A DNA stretch of 64,000 nucleotides from an uncultured Gemmatimonadales bacterium (GTDB lineage: Bacteria; Gemmatimonadota; Gemmatimonadetes; Longimicrobiales; RSA9), in contig OY970192.1 in NCBI GenBank assembly GCA_963708135.1, positions 3,328,001-3,392,000 on the forward strand, read 5' to 3'. Under the pieces are notes generated by a model. It had not been told where the DNA came from and made no database searches. It saw only the letters and a list, made by a program, of their open reading frames with translations. Position 1 is the stretch's first letter. Every line of letters starts with the position of its first letter. The position numbers were made by a program, and so were the translations under genes. Positions 30,098-40,813 of this stretch are shown piece after piece.

Positions 30098-31915
30098 ATG
30101 GCCGCCACCCGCCGAACGAAAGGCCCGCTCACCGTCACCGCCTACCGCGGCGACGCCAAGACGCTCCTCGCCTTCGACCTCGCCAAACAGGCGACGACGA
30201 ACCTGGCCGGCTTCACCATCCGCTCGGAGCCCGACGGGCGGCCGGCCTACTACCTCTACAACCAGCTCCAGTTCAGGACGCCGTCGCACCACGCGCAGGA
30301 CCCGACGGAGCCGCCCAACTCGAGCGTAAACGCGCCCCTCCACATCTTCCGCTGGGTGCACATCCCGGGGGTGGCGCACCAGGGGACCCGGCCGTTCCTC
30401 GGGCGCTACCGCTACACCGTCACGCCGCGCTACGTCGACGGCCACGGCTCCATGCTGCCGCTCGATCCGGGCCTCGGCTGCACGGTGCCGACCGACGTCG
30501 TGCCCTTCGAGAAGGGAAAGCTCGCCCTCGGCTTCGCGCGCGGGTTCACGCAGTCCCAGGCCTTCGTGAACCACTACGGCCGCAACGCCCGCATCCGCCC
30601 GCCGGGAAAGGAGCTCCTGTTCGACACCTCGCAGGAGTCGGGCGTGAACGCCGACGGCGAGCACTACACCTACGCCGACCAGTACGAGTGGCTCGGCTTC
30701 ACCGCGCGCGAGCGGGTGTTCCATCTGCTCCGCGAGGTGCTGTCCCGCAAGACGCTGCGGCTCGACATGTTCGCCTACGACCTGAACGAGCCGGACCTGC
30801 TGGAGATCGTGCTCGAGCTGGCCAGGCAGGGGCGCGCCCGGCTCATCCTCGACAACGCCGCGCTGCACCACAGCAAGTCGAAGCCGAAGCCCGAGGACCA
30901 GGTGGAGGCGAGGTTCACCGCCGTGGCCACGGCGCCGGCCGCGGTCCTGCGCGGCCACTTCGGCAGGTACGCGCACGACAAGGTGATGATCGTCTCCGGC
31001 AGGACCGGCCCGCTCAGGGTGCTCACCGGCTCCACCAACTTCTCCATCACCGGCCTGTACGTGAACTCCAACGACGTGATGGTCTTCGCCGACCATGCCG
31101 TGACCCGCCTCTACGCGCAGGTGTTCGAGGAGAGCTGGCGGGACGGCGTGAAGAGGGCGGCCTTCCGGGCCTCGCCCCTCTCCGCCGCGACGTATGCGTT
31201 CGACGGCCACGTCCCGAAGACCGAGATCACCTTCTCCCCGCACGAGGAGGAGCGGGCCGCGGAGATCCTCGACGCCGTGGCCGCTCGCATCGCGAAGGAG
31301 GAGGAGAAGCCGGACGGCAACGTGCTGTTCGCCGTCATGCAGGTGGACAACGGCACCAGCCCCGTCTACACCGCGCTCCGCAACCTGCACGCGAACGAGA
31401 CGATCTTCAGCTTCGGCATCTCCGACACGACCGAGGGCATCGCGCTCTACAAGCCCGGGCGGAAGACCGGCCTCCTGGTCACCGGCAAGCCCGCCTCCAC
31501 CATGCTGCCGCCCCCCTTCCACGAGGTGCACCGCATCGGCCTCGGCCACCAGGTCCACCACAAGTTCGTCGTGTGCGGCTTCCAGCGCGGCGACGCCGTC
31601 GTCTACTGCGGCTCCTCCAACCTCGCCAACGGCGGCGAAACCCTGAACGGCGACAACCTCCTCGCCATCCACGACCGCGACGTCGCCACCGCCTTCGCCA
31701 TCGAGGCCGTCACCCTCGTGGACCACTTCAACTTCCTCGACCGCTACACCACCAAGGGCAAGACGACGAAGCCCGCCGCCGAAACCACGAAGGCCGCCGC
31801 CGACGCCGGCTGGTTCCTCTCGACCACCGACCGCTGGGTCCGCCGCTACTACGACCCCGCCGACCTCAAGTACGCCGACCGGCGGCTGTTCGGGGGCGGG
31901 GCGGGGAGCGACTGA
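30098..31915 (+). CDS. Phospholipase D superfamily protein with two HKD-like motifs
   Basis: HDKVMIVS...GSTNFS and HHKFVVCG...GSSNL; no signal peptide; GGAG before the ATG at 30098. Confidence 0.85.
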   Translation: MAATRRTKGPLTVTAYRGDAKTLLAFDLAKQATTNLAGFTIRSEPDGRPAYYLYNQLQFRTPSHHAQDPTEPPNSSVNAPLHIFRWVHIPGVAHQGTRPFLGRYRYTVTPRYVDGHGSMLPLDPGLGCTVPTDVVPFEKGKLALGFARGFTQSQAFVNHYGRNARIRPPGKELLFDTSQESGVNADGEHYTYADQYEWLGFTARERVFHLLREVLSRKTLRLDMFAYDLNEPDLLEIVLELARQGRARLILDNAALHHSKSKPKPEDQVEARFTAVATAPAAVLRGHFGRYAHDKVMIVSGRTGPLRVLTGSTNFSITGLYVNSNDVMVFADHAVTRLYAQVFEESWRDGVKRAAFRASPLSAATYAFDGHVPKTEITFSPHEEERAAEILDAVAARIAKEEEKPDGNVLFAVMQVDNGTSPVYTALRNLHANETIFSFGISDTTEGIALYKPGRKTGLLVTGKPASTMLPPPFHEVHRIGLGHQVHHKFVVCGFQRGDAVVYCGSSNLANGGETLNGDNLLAIHDRDVATAFAIEAVTLVDHFNFLDRYTTKGKTTKPAAETTKAAADAGWFLSTTDRWVRRYYDPADLKYADRRLFGGGAGSD

Positions 31916-31958
31916 GGGGGCGCGGGCCGCGGGGCGGTCGAGCGCGCGCGTGCTGGCT

Positions 31959-32030
31959 TCGGAAACAGATCCGGTACTGATCCTTGATCCAGATGCTGTG
32001 CTGGGCGTTCCTTTCGCCGGTCAATGCCTC
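31959..32030 (-). pseudogene. higB: Fragment of a HigB/RelE-type (plasmid maintenance killer) toxin gene
   Basis: Translates EALTGERNAQHSIWIKDQYRICFR, close to the HigB C-terminal consensus EALKGDRKGQHSIRINDQWRICF; no N-terminus and no higA. Confidence 0.7.
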
Positions 32031-32339
32031 GGGCACGGCGAAACCAGCAAGCACAATCCCCAAATGAGGCTCACCTTGCGCGGTGGAGGTGTCAGGTCAA
32101 TCTTGCGGCGGTACTTCAAGCCTGCTAACGGAAGCTTTATTAGCACCGGCGCCTCCCAACGCCTCGAGAATGACGCCGCGCGATCGGCTGGTGAACGATC
32201 TTCTTGAGGGGATCAGCCCCCGGGGAGGAGCGCGATTCGCGAAAGCACCGGATTGAGTTGCGCTTCACCGAAAGTCGTTGATCAGACGTTAGGCGAAAGT
32301 GGTCCTTTAGCTAACAACAACGAACCGGGAGCGCTTCGT

Positions 32340-32954
32340 ATGCGCCCGCCACCAGAGATCGATGATGGCTTTGGCAGCTGGGAGGAGTGGCATTACCGGC
32401 ACGAGTTCTTTTGGGCTGCAACGATCCGGTGGGTCGTCGCGGTACTCGCGGTCGCGGCACTTCCCTACACGAGCTCCGAGGTACGCACCTTCTTCGGCCT
32501 CTGGACGGTAGCGTTCCCGGCATTTGCCTGCATTCTGGGGGTGGTCGCCTTCGTTCATCTGCTCGCCGAGCACGCCCGGGCCTTGTACGTGCGCTGGCAC
32601 GTGGGTTATCGCGAGCGTGAACGGGAATTTCTCCACGACCGAACGGGCGTGAAGACGAGTTCCGCTCAGATTTTGCTGCGGCGGCCCATCCGCTGGCGCA
32701 TCGGGCCTTACATATTCGCTGCCCTGTCGCTGGCGTTCTTCAGCTTGACCGGCCTCAACCTGCTCGTCTTCTACCCGTCACTCGCAGAGCAACTCAGCAA
32801 GGCGCCGAGCAGCGTCATCGGAGCGGTCCTCCAGATACTCGGCTGGATTTGGATTGCCAGCGGGTTTATCGTGGCGGGCATTCTGATCGTTCGAGACCAG
32901 GTCCATTACACGGACGCCGAGGGCAAGCCTGTAAGGAAGGAGCCTAGCGCCTGA
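32340..32954 (+). CDS. Hypothetical four-TM membrane protein, lower GC
   Basis: GGGAG then ATG at 32340; two pairs of hydrophobic helices; atypical codon usage. Confidence 0.6.
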   Translation: MRPPPEIDDGFGSWEEWHYRHEFFWAATIRWVVAVLAVAALPYTSSEVRTFFGLWTVAFPAFACILGVVAFVHLLAEHARALYVRWHVGYREREREFLHDRTGVKTSSAQILLRRPIRWRIGPYIFAALSLAFFSLTGLNLLVFYPSLAEQLSKAPSSVIGAVLQILGWIWIASGFIVAGILIVRDQVHYTDAEGKPVRKEPSA

Positions 32955-33389
32955 AGAACACGAACCACCTTCGCCAGATGTGCCGAAGCAGGTCGACCTT
33001 CCGGCAGGCGAGCAATCGATCCAGAGCGCGACCCTCTACCATATCCGCCGGATAAACAACCGCATTGCTGGTAAGCTGTCGCACTACCTGGATTTCAAAT
33101 GGTCGTGACCGCGCGGTCGGCCTTGCAGCCCCATGCACCAACGCACGCAGGGCTCCCGACGTTGTCGTTCCGCGCTAGCCGGCTGGCAACAGCCACCGCG
33201 GGCGCGCCAATCCGAGAGAGGCGTCGCGGTGGCATAGACCGCGTGCGGTAGCCGCGCCTGGATTGTAGGTTCCCCTTGTTTCCGGCGGCCGGAGCAGGAG
33301 CATCGGTGGGGCAGTCCCCAGCAGTACTCACTGCCTCCGGTGCACCGCTTCCCCGCCCCTCCACCATCCGTGAAACGTGACGAAGCGAC

Positions 33390-34874
33390 ATGGCCTTGAC
33401 GCAGCAACAGCTGGAGAAGCACCTCTGGCGAGCCGCAGACATCCTGCGCGGCCGCATCGATTCCGGTGACTACAAGCACTACATCTTCGGCCTCCTCTTC
33501 TTCAAGCGCCTGAGCGACGTCTGGCGCGAGGAGTACGAGGCGCGCCTCGAGATGTACGACGGCGACGAGCTCCTCGCCTCCGACCCCGACGAGCACCGCT
33601 TCGATATCCCGGAAGGCCACTTCTGGGAAGACGTCCGGGAAGAGACCACGGACATCGGGGCATCCCTGAATAACGCGCTGCACGCGATCGAGGACGCGAA
33701 CCTGCGCCTCCGCGGCGTCTTCCAGGACGTGGACTTCAACAACAAGGATCGCTTCCCGGACACCGTCCTCGAGGCGCTCCTCCAGCACTTCGACCAGCAC
33801 CGGCTCCGCAACGAGGACGTGCCGGCCGACGTGCTCGGCGCCGCGTACGAGTACCTGATCGCGCAGTTCGCCGACGACGCCGGCAAGAAGGGTGGCGAGT
33901 TCTACACGCCGAAAATGGTGGTCCGGCTCATCGTCGAGATGATCCGGCCGGAGGAGGGCATGCACGTCTACGATCCCACGTGCGGGTCGGGCGGCATGCT
34001 CCTCGAGACCGTGCACAACCTCGAGCGGCAGGGGAAGAACGCGAAGTCGCTCCACCTGTTCGGGCAGGAGATGAACCTGAACACGTGGGCGATCTGCAAG
34101 ATGAACCTCTTCCTCCACGACATCGACGACGCCGACATCGCCCGCGGCGACACGCTCCGCGACCCGAAGAACCTCACGCCGTCGAACACGCTCCGCCGCT
34201 ACGACCGGGTCCTCGCGAACCCGCCGTTCTCGCTCAAGGAGTGGGGCTACAAGGAGTGGAAGAACGGGGACAAGTTCGGCCGCGACGTGTTCGGGTGCCC
34301 GCCGAAGTCGTACGCCGACTACGCCTTCGTCCAGCACATGGTGGCGAGCCTCAAGAGCGACGGCATGCTCGGCGTCGTGCTTCCGCACGGCGTCCTCTTC
34401 CGCGGCGGTGCGGAGGGGCGGATCCGGGAGGGTCTGCTCCGGGAGGACCTGGTTGAAGCGGTCGTCGGACTCGGCCCCAACCTCTTCTACGGCTCCGGCA
34501 TCCCCGCGTGCATCGTAGTCATGAACCGGGCGAAGCCGGCGGAGCGGAAGGGGAAGGTGCTCTTCATCCACGGCGCCGACGAGCTGGTCGAGGGCAAGGC
34601 GCAGAACCACCTCTCCGACGAGAACATCGCGCGCATGGCCGGCGCCTTCCACGCGTGGAAGGACGAGGAGCGGTTCTGCCGCGTCGTAGACCTCGACGAG
34701 ATCGAGGCGAACGACTTCAACTTGAACATCCCCCGGTACGTGGATACGACGGAGCCGGAGGAGGAGATCGACGTCGCCGCCGAGTTGGCGGCGCTCAAGA
34801 CGCTGATGGCGGAGCGGGACGATGCGGAGGCGAAGATGCTCGGGTACCTGGAAGAGATGGGGTATGCTGGCTGA
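33390..34874 (+). CDS. hsdM: Type I restriction-modification methyltransferase subunit
   Basis: LWRAADILRG, GEFYTP, DPTCGSGGML (motif I), NPPF (motif IV), HGVLFRGG. Confidence 0.97.
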   Translation: MALTQQQLEKHLWRAADILRGRIDSGDYKHYIFGLLFFKRLSDVWREEYEARLEMYDGDELLASDPDEHRFDIPEGHFWEDVREETTDIGASLNNALHAIEDANLRLRGVFQDVDFNNKDRFPDTVLEALLQHFDQHRLRNEDVPADVLGAAYEYLIAQFADDAGKKGGEFYTPKMVVRLIVEMIRPEEGMHVYDPTCGSGGMLLETVHNLERQGKNAKSLHLFGQEMNLNTWAICKMNLFLHDIDDADIARGDTLRDPKNLTPSNTLRRYDRVLANPPFSLKEWGYKEWKNGDKFGRDVFGCPPKSYADYAFVQHMVASLKSDGMLGVVLPHGVLFRGGAEGRIREGLLREDLVEAVVGLGPNLFYGSGIPACIVVMNRAKPAERKGKVLFIHGADELVEGKAQNHLSDENIARMAGAFHAWKDEERFCRVVDLDEIEANDFNLNIPRYVDTTEPEEEIDVAAELAALKTLMAERDDAEAKMLGYLEEMGYAG

Positions 34875-36129
34875 GATTCCTCCGGGGTGGACGGCACAGC
34901 CCCTCGAACGCCTTGGCACGCTCCACAAGGGCCGGGGCGGGCCGAAGAGCGACGACGAGCCGTCTGGGATGCCTGTCATCCGCTACGGCGAGCTCTACAC
35001 GCATCACAACGAGGTGGTGCGGAGCGTCCGATCGTTCGTACCTGCCGAGAAGGCTGAGAACTACACGCCGCTCAGGCCCGGAGACGTCCTCTTCGCGGGA
35101 GCGGGGGAGACGGCGGAAGAGATCGGAAAGTCAGCCGTCTTCCTCGGCCCCGCGCCTGCTTACGCAAGCGGGGATTTGGTCATCTTCCGACCGAACGGAC
35201 AGCTCGATCCGCTCTTCCTCGGCTACGCCTCGAACGGTCCCGCGGCGACTGCCTACAAGCAGTCGGTGGGCCAGGGCAGCTCCATCCTTCACATCTACTC
35301 GCGGGATCTGCAGGCGCTCGAACTCCTCGTGCCGCCCCTCCCCGAACAGCGGAAGATCGCCGCCATCCTCTCCAGCGTCGATGACGCCATCGCGGCGACG
35401 GGGAAGGTCATCGAGCAGACGAAGCGGGTGAAGCAGGGGCTCCTTCAGGCGCTCATGACCCGCGGCATCGGGCACACCCGGTTCAAGAAGACGGAGATCG
35501 GCGAGATCCCGGAATCATGGGAACTGGTGCCGCTGGGCGATGTCTGTGCCCACATCACCAAGGGTGCCACGCCGACTACCTACGGCTACCAGTGGATCGA
35601 GAGTGGTGACGACGGGGTCCTCTTTCTCCGGAGCGAATGCGTCTCAGAGGAGGGTTTTCAGCTGAGGGGGTCGGAGCGCATACCCGAACCCGCCCATGCA
35701 TCGATGTCACGATCGGAGATCCGCGGCGACGACGTTCTGGTCACCATTACGGGCAACGTCGGCCGAGTCGGGCAGGTTCCGGAGGAGATCGAACGAGGGA
35801 ATATCAACCAGCATCTCGCACGTGTCCGCGTAGAGGCCCGCGAGCTTTTTCAGGATTTTGTGCATCTCGCTTTGCAGACGAAGCGACAGCGGAATCGGTT
35901 CGAGACGATCGTTACCGGGCTGGCATATCCGCAGTTGAGCCTGAAGCAGATCCGGGAGACGATCGTGCCGATGCCGCGGAGAGCCGAGCAAGAGGAGATA
36001 GTCGAGCGAATCGCGGCCATTAAGGACGTGATAGTTCGCAGTGAACGATCTCTTGCGGCATGGCAGAAAATGAAGCGCGGTCTCATGCAGGACCTCCTCA
36101 CCGGGCGCGTCCGCGTCCAGACGGACTGA
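34864..36129 (+). CDS. hsdS: Type I RM specificity subunit
   Basis: Two TRDs separated by PPLPEQRKIAAIL...KQGLLQALMT; ends KRGLMQDLLTG. Confidence 0.96.
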   Translation: MLAEIPPGWTAQPLERLGTLHKGRGGPKSDDEPSGMPVIRYGELYTHHNEVVRSVRSFVPAEKAENYTPLRPGDVLFAGAGETAEEIGKSAVFLGPAPAYASGDLVIFRPNGQLDPLFLGYASNGPAATAYKQSVGQGSSILHIYSRDLQALELLVPPLPEQRKIAAILSSVDDAIAATGKVIEQTKRVKQGLLQALMTRGIGHTRFKKTEIGEIPESWELVPLGDVCAHITKGATPTTYGYQWIESGDDGVLFLRSECVSEEGFQLRGSERIPEPAHASMSRSEIRGDDVLVTITGNVGRVGQVPEEIERGNINQHLARVRVEARELFQDFVHLALQTKRQRNRFETIVTGLAYPQLSLKQIRETIVPMPRRAEQEEIVERIAAIKDVIVRSERSLAAWQKMKRGLMQDLLTGRVRVQTD

Positions 36130-36133
36130 CGCG

Positions 36134-39100
36134 ATGCCCGGCCCCGAGTTCGGCCTCGTCGAGAAGCCCGCGATCGATGTGCTCACGGGCCTCGGCTACG
36201 ACTACCTTCCGGCCGCGCAGAACGAGCTCGCGCGCGACGGGCTGAACCAGGTGCTCCTCCGGGAACATATAATCGATGCGGTCCAGCAACTGAACGGCCT
36301 CGATGCCGACATGGCCGGCCGCGTCTACCACGACCTGCTCAACGTCTCCGACAACGAGCGCTGGATCGAGGTCCTGCGCGGCCAGTATTCGCGCGCCGTG
36401 CCTGGTGAGGCGACGCACCAGACCATCCGGCTGATCGACTTCCTCCATCCGACGAACAACCGCTTCACGGTCACGAACCAGCTCCACGTGAAGTCGGAGC
36501 ACCCCCGCTGCGCGGACCTCGTCGTCTACGTGAACGGGATCCCGCTGGTGGTGATCGAGGCGAAGAAGCCGGGCGCGGGCAAGCTCCACATGGCGTACGA
36601 GCAGATCCGGCAGTACGAGGAGCAGATCCCGCGGCTCTTCTACTCGAACGCGTTCAACATCGTCACGGACCGGCACGAGACGCGGTTCGGCACGACGGGC
36701 GCGCCTTGGGCGTACTGGGGGACATGGCGGGACCCATGGCCGCGGAGCGAGGCCGACTTCGCCGACGACTTCGAGAAGACGCTGTGGGCGCTCCTCGATC
36801 CGCATCGCCTGCTCGACATCCTCGCCCATTTCATCGTGTTCGAGCGGGAGGGCGACTCCGGCCGGATCGTGAAGAAGATGTGCCGCTACCAGCAGTTCCG
36901 GGCGGCGAATAGAATCGTGGAGCGGGCGCAGGACGCCGAGAAGCGGCGAGGGCTGATCTGGCACACGCAGGGGAGCGGGAAGTCGCTCACCATGGTGTTC
37001 TCGGTGCTGAAGCTGAAGCTCCACCGCACGCTCGACACCCCCGCGCTCGCCAGCCCCAACATCCTCGTCATCACGGACCGGAAGGACCTGGACCGGCAGA
37101 TCTCGGCCACGTTCCAGGCGTGCGGGCTCCCGAACCCGAAGCCGATGGGGTCGATGGCGGAGCTCCGGCGCACGATCCACAGCGGCGTCGCCGGGCTCAC
37201 GGTGCTCTCGACGATCCACAAGTTCGAGGGCTCGAAGGCGCCGGTCGAGAACAGCGGCAACTGGATCGCACTGGTGGACGAGGCCCACCGCACGCAGGAG
37301 AAGGATCTCGGCGCGTTCCTGCGCGCCACCTTCCCCGATGCGCGCCTGTTCGGCTTCACCGGCACGCCGGTGAAGAAGAAGGACCTGGACACCTTCCAGA
37401 ACTTCAGCCCGCCGGGCGAGGGGTACCTGGACCGGTACAGTATCGACGACGCCGTCGCCGACGGCGCCACCGTGCCGATCCGCTACACGTCACGAAAGGC
37501 GGAGTGGCACGTCGATCCGGCGAAGATCGACATTCTCTTCGACAGCTGGTTCGCCGACGAGTCCGAGGAGCGGCTGGAGGCGATCAAGAAGCGGGGCGTG
37601 ACCATTGCCGAGCTGGCGAAGCACCCGCGGCGCGTCGAGCTCATCGCGTTCGACATCTGGACCCACTTCAAGGGGCACGCTCTCCCCGACGGCTACAAGG
37701 CGCAGATCGTGGCCATCGACCGCGAGGCGATCATCCTCTACAAGCGGGCCCTGGACCGGGTGATCGCGGAGCACCTCCGGAAGGACGGGCTGACGGCGCA
37801 CGAGGCGCTGGGTCGTGCCGCGGCCATGTCGGTCCCCGTCTACTCCTCGGCGCAGTGGGACGCCATGCCCAGCGAGGACGCTTGGGTGAACGATGTCCGC
37901 GCGGACCTGCGCCGCTACGCGCTCGACGAGGACGGCGAGAAGCAGGCGATCGCCGCGTTCCAGAAGCCGGGCGCGCCGCCCCATTTCCTCATCGTCTGCA
38001 ACAAGCTCCTGACCGGCTTCGACGCGCCGGCCGAGAGCGTGATGTACCTGGACAGCCCGCTCACGGACCACAACCTCCTGCAGGCCATCGCCCGGACGAA
38101 TCGGGTGTCGGGGCCGAAGAAGAGGTTCGGGCTGATCGTGGACTACATCGGCATCACGCGGAAGCTCGACGAGGCGCTGGCCGCGTACCGCGAGGAGGAC
38201 GTCGAGAACGTGATGAAGGACCTGGAGGTCGAGCGGGACGCGCTGCGGAAGGCGCACCGCGAGGTCTTCGCCATGGTGCCGAAACGAACCGGCGACATGA
38301 GCGCCGATTACGACGCCCTCGTCGCCGCGCTCGGCACGGAGGACGTCTGGTACACGTTCCGGCGCAAGGCGGACGCGTTCGTCCAGGCCTACGAGAGCCT
38401 GAGCCCGGATCCGGCGATCCTCGAGTACCGACACGACCTGAAGTGGATCGTCGGCTTCATCCAGTATGCGACGCCGATCATCGAGAAGGACCCGCCGCCC
38501 GACCTGAGCGGCGTGAGCGGCAAGATCCGCCGCCTTCTCGAGGAGCACCTGGACGTAACCGGGATCAGGACCGTGGTGAAGCTCCGCCAGCTCACCGATC
38601 CGGACTTCTGGACGGACTTCGACAGCGACAGGCCGGCGCGGGAGCTCCGCCGCGCCACGATCCGGAAGGCGACGGAGCTCAAGCGGATCACGTACGACAA
38701 GGTCGAGGAGAACCCGCTCCGCTACCAGAAGTTCTCCGAGCGCGTGCTCGAGGTGATCCGGCGCTTCGAGGAGGGCCAGCTCGCGGCGGCCGAGGCGCTG
38801 AAGGAATTCCAGGACATCGCGAAGGACCTCGAGGACGAGGACCGGGCCCACGAGAGCTCGGGGTTGAACGAGCGCGCGTACGGTGTGCTCAAGATCCTCG
38901 AATCCCTGGAGGCCGCGGACGCGAGCGTGTCCGCGGGAGGACGCGTCGCCGAAGGCAGGGCGTCCTATCCGGAGGCTGCCCCGGTGCGCGGCCTCGCCGA
39001 GCTCGCGGCGGACATCGACGGTATCTACGCCAGCGACGAGAAGGCGCCGGCGGGCTGGCACCTGAAGGACCAGCTCCGCAAGGAACTGCGCCAGGAGGTC

Positions 39101-39196
39101 CGCCATCGCTCGCACCGGGCGGGGCTGAAGGAGGTGAAGGAAGTGGCCGCCCGCGTGGAGGAGTACGCGCTCCGGCACTACGTGAAGGTGGCGTGA
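36134..39196 (+). CDS. hsdR: Type I RM restriction subunit
   Basis: DLVVYVNGIPLVVIEAK nuclease motif, WHTQGSGKS, DEAHR, FTGTP, LLTGFDAP, QAIARTNR. Confidence 0.97.
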   Translation: MPGPEFGLVEKPAIDVLTGLGYDYLPAAQNELARDGLNQVLLREHIIDAVQQLNGLDADMAGRVYHDLLNVSDNERWIEVLRGQYSRAVPGEATHQTIRLIDFLHPTNNRFTVTNQLHVKSEHPRCADLVVYVNGIPLVVIEAKKPGAGKLHMAYEQIRQYEEQIPRLFYSNAFNIVTDRHETRFGTTGAPWAYWGTWRDPWPRSEADFADDFEKTLWALLDPHRLLDILAHFIVFEREGDSGRIVKKMCRYQQFRAANRIVERAQDAEKRRGLIWHTQGSGKSLTMVFSVLKLKLHRTLDTPALASPNILVITDRKDLDRQISATFQACGLPNPKPMGSMAELRRTIHSGVAGLTVLSTIHKFEGSKAPVENSGNWIALVDEAHRTQEKDLGAFLRATFPDARLFGFTGTPVKKKDLDTFQNFSPPGEGYLDRYSIDDAVADGATVPIRYTSRKAEWHVDPAKIDILFDSWFADESEERLEAIKKRGVTIAELAKHPRRVELIAFDIWTHFKGHALPDGYKAQIVAIDREAIILYKRALDRVIAEHLRKDGLTAHEALGRAAAMSVPVYSSAQWDAMPSEDAWVNDVRADLRRYALDEDGEKQAIAAFQKPGAPPHFLIVCNKLLTGFDAPAESVMYLDSPLTDHNLLQAIARTNRVSGPKKRFGLIVDYIGITRKLDEALAAYREEDVENVMKDLEVERDALRKAHREVFAMVPKRTGDMSADYDALVAALGTEDVWYTFRRKADAFVQAYESLSPDPAILEYRHDLKWIVGFIQYATPIIEKDPPPDLSGVSGKIRRLLEEHLDVTGIRTVVKLRQLTDPDFWTDFDSDRPARELRRATIRKATELKRITYDKVEENPLRYQKFSERVLEVIRRFEEGQLAAAEALKEFQDIAKDLEDEDRAHESSGLNERAYGVLKILESLEAADASVSAGGRVAEGRASYPEAAPVRGLAELAADIDGIYASDEKAPAGWHLKDQLRKELRQEVRHRSHRAGLKEVKEVAARVEEYALRHYVKVA

Positions 39197-39921
39197 TGGG
39201 CGAGATCGTGATCGGCTCGCGCGTCATCCGCTACCAGGTCCGGCGCAGCGCCCGGGCCGGCCGGAAGCGCATCGAGGTGACCCCGGGAGGCGTGCAGGTC
39301 ATCGTCCCGGATGACGCCTCCGCGGAGGAGGTCGAGCGATTCGTCCAGCGGAAGCGCCGCTGGCTCCACGACAGGACGCAGGAGATCCGGGAAGAGGTGG
39401 AACGGCTCCGGGGAGACACCCCCGAGGGGTTCCACTCGGGCGCGAAGATCCTGTTCCGGGGGCGGTACCTGAAGCTGAGGATCCGAACCTCGGATTCGGA
39501 CCGGCCGTCGCTCAGCTACCGCACCGCCTTCCAGCTCGAGCTGCCCCGGGACCTGCCTCGGGACCAGCGGGAGCAGGTCGTGCGACGCCTCGTCGAGCGC
39601 TGGCTCGAGGAGCGGCTCACGGAGGACGCCTGGGAGGTCGTGCGCCGGCGCGGCGCGGCCCACGGCCTGGAGCCCCGCGGCCTCCGGATCAAGGACCAGT
39701 GGACCCTCTGGGGAAGCTGCGGCCGCGACAACGTGATCCGACTCGACCGGAAGCTCGCCCGGGTCCCGAAGCCGGTGTTCGAGTACGTCGTGGTCCACGA
39801 GCTCTGCCACCTCGAGCATCGGGATCACTCGCCCGCCTTCTGGGGTCTGGTGAAGCGAGTCCTGCCGGACTACGAGGAGCGGAAGGAATGGCTGGAGCAG
39901 CACGAGGTCAGACTGCGGTGA
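39196..39921 (+). CDS. YgjP/SprT-like (DUF45) zinc metalloprotein
   Basis: TGATG overlap with hsdR; WGSC, YVVVHELCHLEHRDHSPAFW. Confidence 0.92.
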   Translation: MGEIVIGSRVIRYQVRRSARAGRKRIEVTPGGVQVIVPDDASAEEVERFVQRKRRWLHDRTQEIREEVERLRGDTPEGFHSGAKILFRGRYLKLRIRTSDSDRPSLSYRTAFQLELPRDLPRDQREQVVRRLVERWLEERLTEDAWEVVRRRGAAHGLEPRGLRIKDQWTLWGSCGRDNVIRLDRKLARVPKPVFEYVVVHELCHLEHRDHSPAFWGLVKRVLPDYEERKEWLEQHEVRLR

Positions 39922-40023
39922 GATCGGCGAGGTGTTATCTTCGTAGTGAGCGCGCGGCGAGGAAGTCATTCTCGCTCAGGAAAGGGCCGTGGCCAGGATT
40001 CTGAAAGTGAGTTCTATCTGCTT

Positions 40024-40503
40024 ATGCGGGTTTTGACGGTTATTTGTACCGCGCTGGTGCTGGCGAGCTGTTCGGATGTCACGGCGCCCGGTGGAGTCAT
40101 GCCGGGGAAATCCACGTTGGTGATTCGAGGCGCGACCAGCCTGGATCTCAACGGGGACGCGCAGCTGATTCCTGGAGACGTTGCGGGCACGGTTCGAAAC
40201 GTGAATCTGCTTACGCAGAGTCCCGATTTCTTCTACAGCCTCGAGATCGCATTTGTACCTCCTGCGGCGCCTCCACCTGGAACGTTGAGCGTCGGAGCCG
40301 CCGGACCGGTTCAGGCAGTGTTCTACATGTTCGATCGGCGGACCAAGGAATACGTCGAGATCGCCGTAGCCCGATCAGGAACTCTGACACTGGATGAGTG
40401 CTCCGAGACGCGCTGCGTCGGACGGCTGGATGCAAACGCAACTCTTGCGAACACGGATGTCGCGCTTACGTTCGCGGCATCGTTCAACGCTCGTATCCAG
40501 TGA
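40024..40503 (+). CDS. Hypothetical lipoprotein, lower GC
   Basis: MRVLTVICTALVLASC lipobox; beta-rich mature part. Confidence 0.6.
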   Translation: MRVLTVICTALVLASCSDVTAPGGVMPGKSTLVIRGATSLDLNGDAQLIPGDVAGTVRNVNLLTQSPDFFYSLEIAFVPPAAPPPGTLSVGAAGPVQAVFYMFDRRTKEYVEIAVARSGTLTLDECSETRCVGRLDANATLANTDVALTFAASFNARIQ

Positions 40504-40691
40504 ATGTCTGGCCTGGGGGGCGACGGCGCTCTCGAACGGGCACCGGCTGATCCCCGCCGGAGGTGGGCAGCTGGGCGATCCTGACGCTGTGGTGAGTGGC
40601 GCCCGAGACGGCGGGGCCGTCCATCCGGGGTCAGGTCACTGCGGATCCGCTGGATGCCGACCTCGTCGCACGCCTGCAATCCCCTATTCGG

Positions 40692-40813
40692 GTGCGCTGA
40701 CTGCCGCTATGCTCAAACCCGGTCCGGTATGGGATCCGATCCGCAATGACCCGCGCGTTCAGAGGTTGATCGCAGACGGCGACGCCGCGGCACGATCGAA
40801 GGCGACGCAATGA
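40692..40813 (+). pseudogene. C-terminal remnant of a TolB-like/TPR protein gene
   Basis: PVWDPIRNDPRVQRLI resembles the family tail also seen in the next gene (PALDPLRGDPRFKAIL); its stop overlaps the next ATG. Confidence 0.55.

Noticed and set aside
29912..31726. N-terminal 605-aa extension of Lhr in the ORF track
   Set aside because: It is antisense to the PLD gene; helicase similarity starts at the ATG at 29911.
32288..32294. GTTAGGC as an integron attC core ahead of the 4-TM gene
   Set aside because: No convincing complementary RYYYAAC box or attC fold, and no integron integrase in the window.
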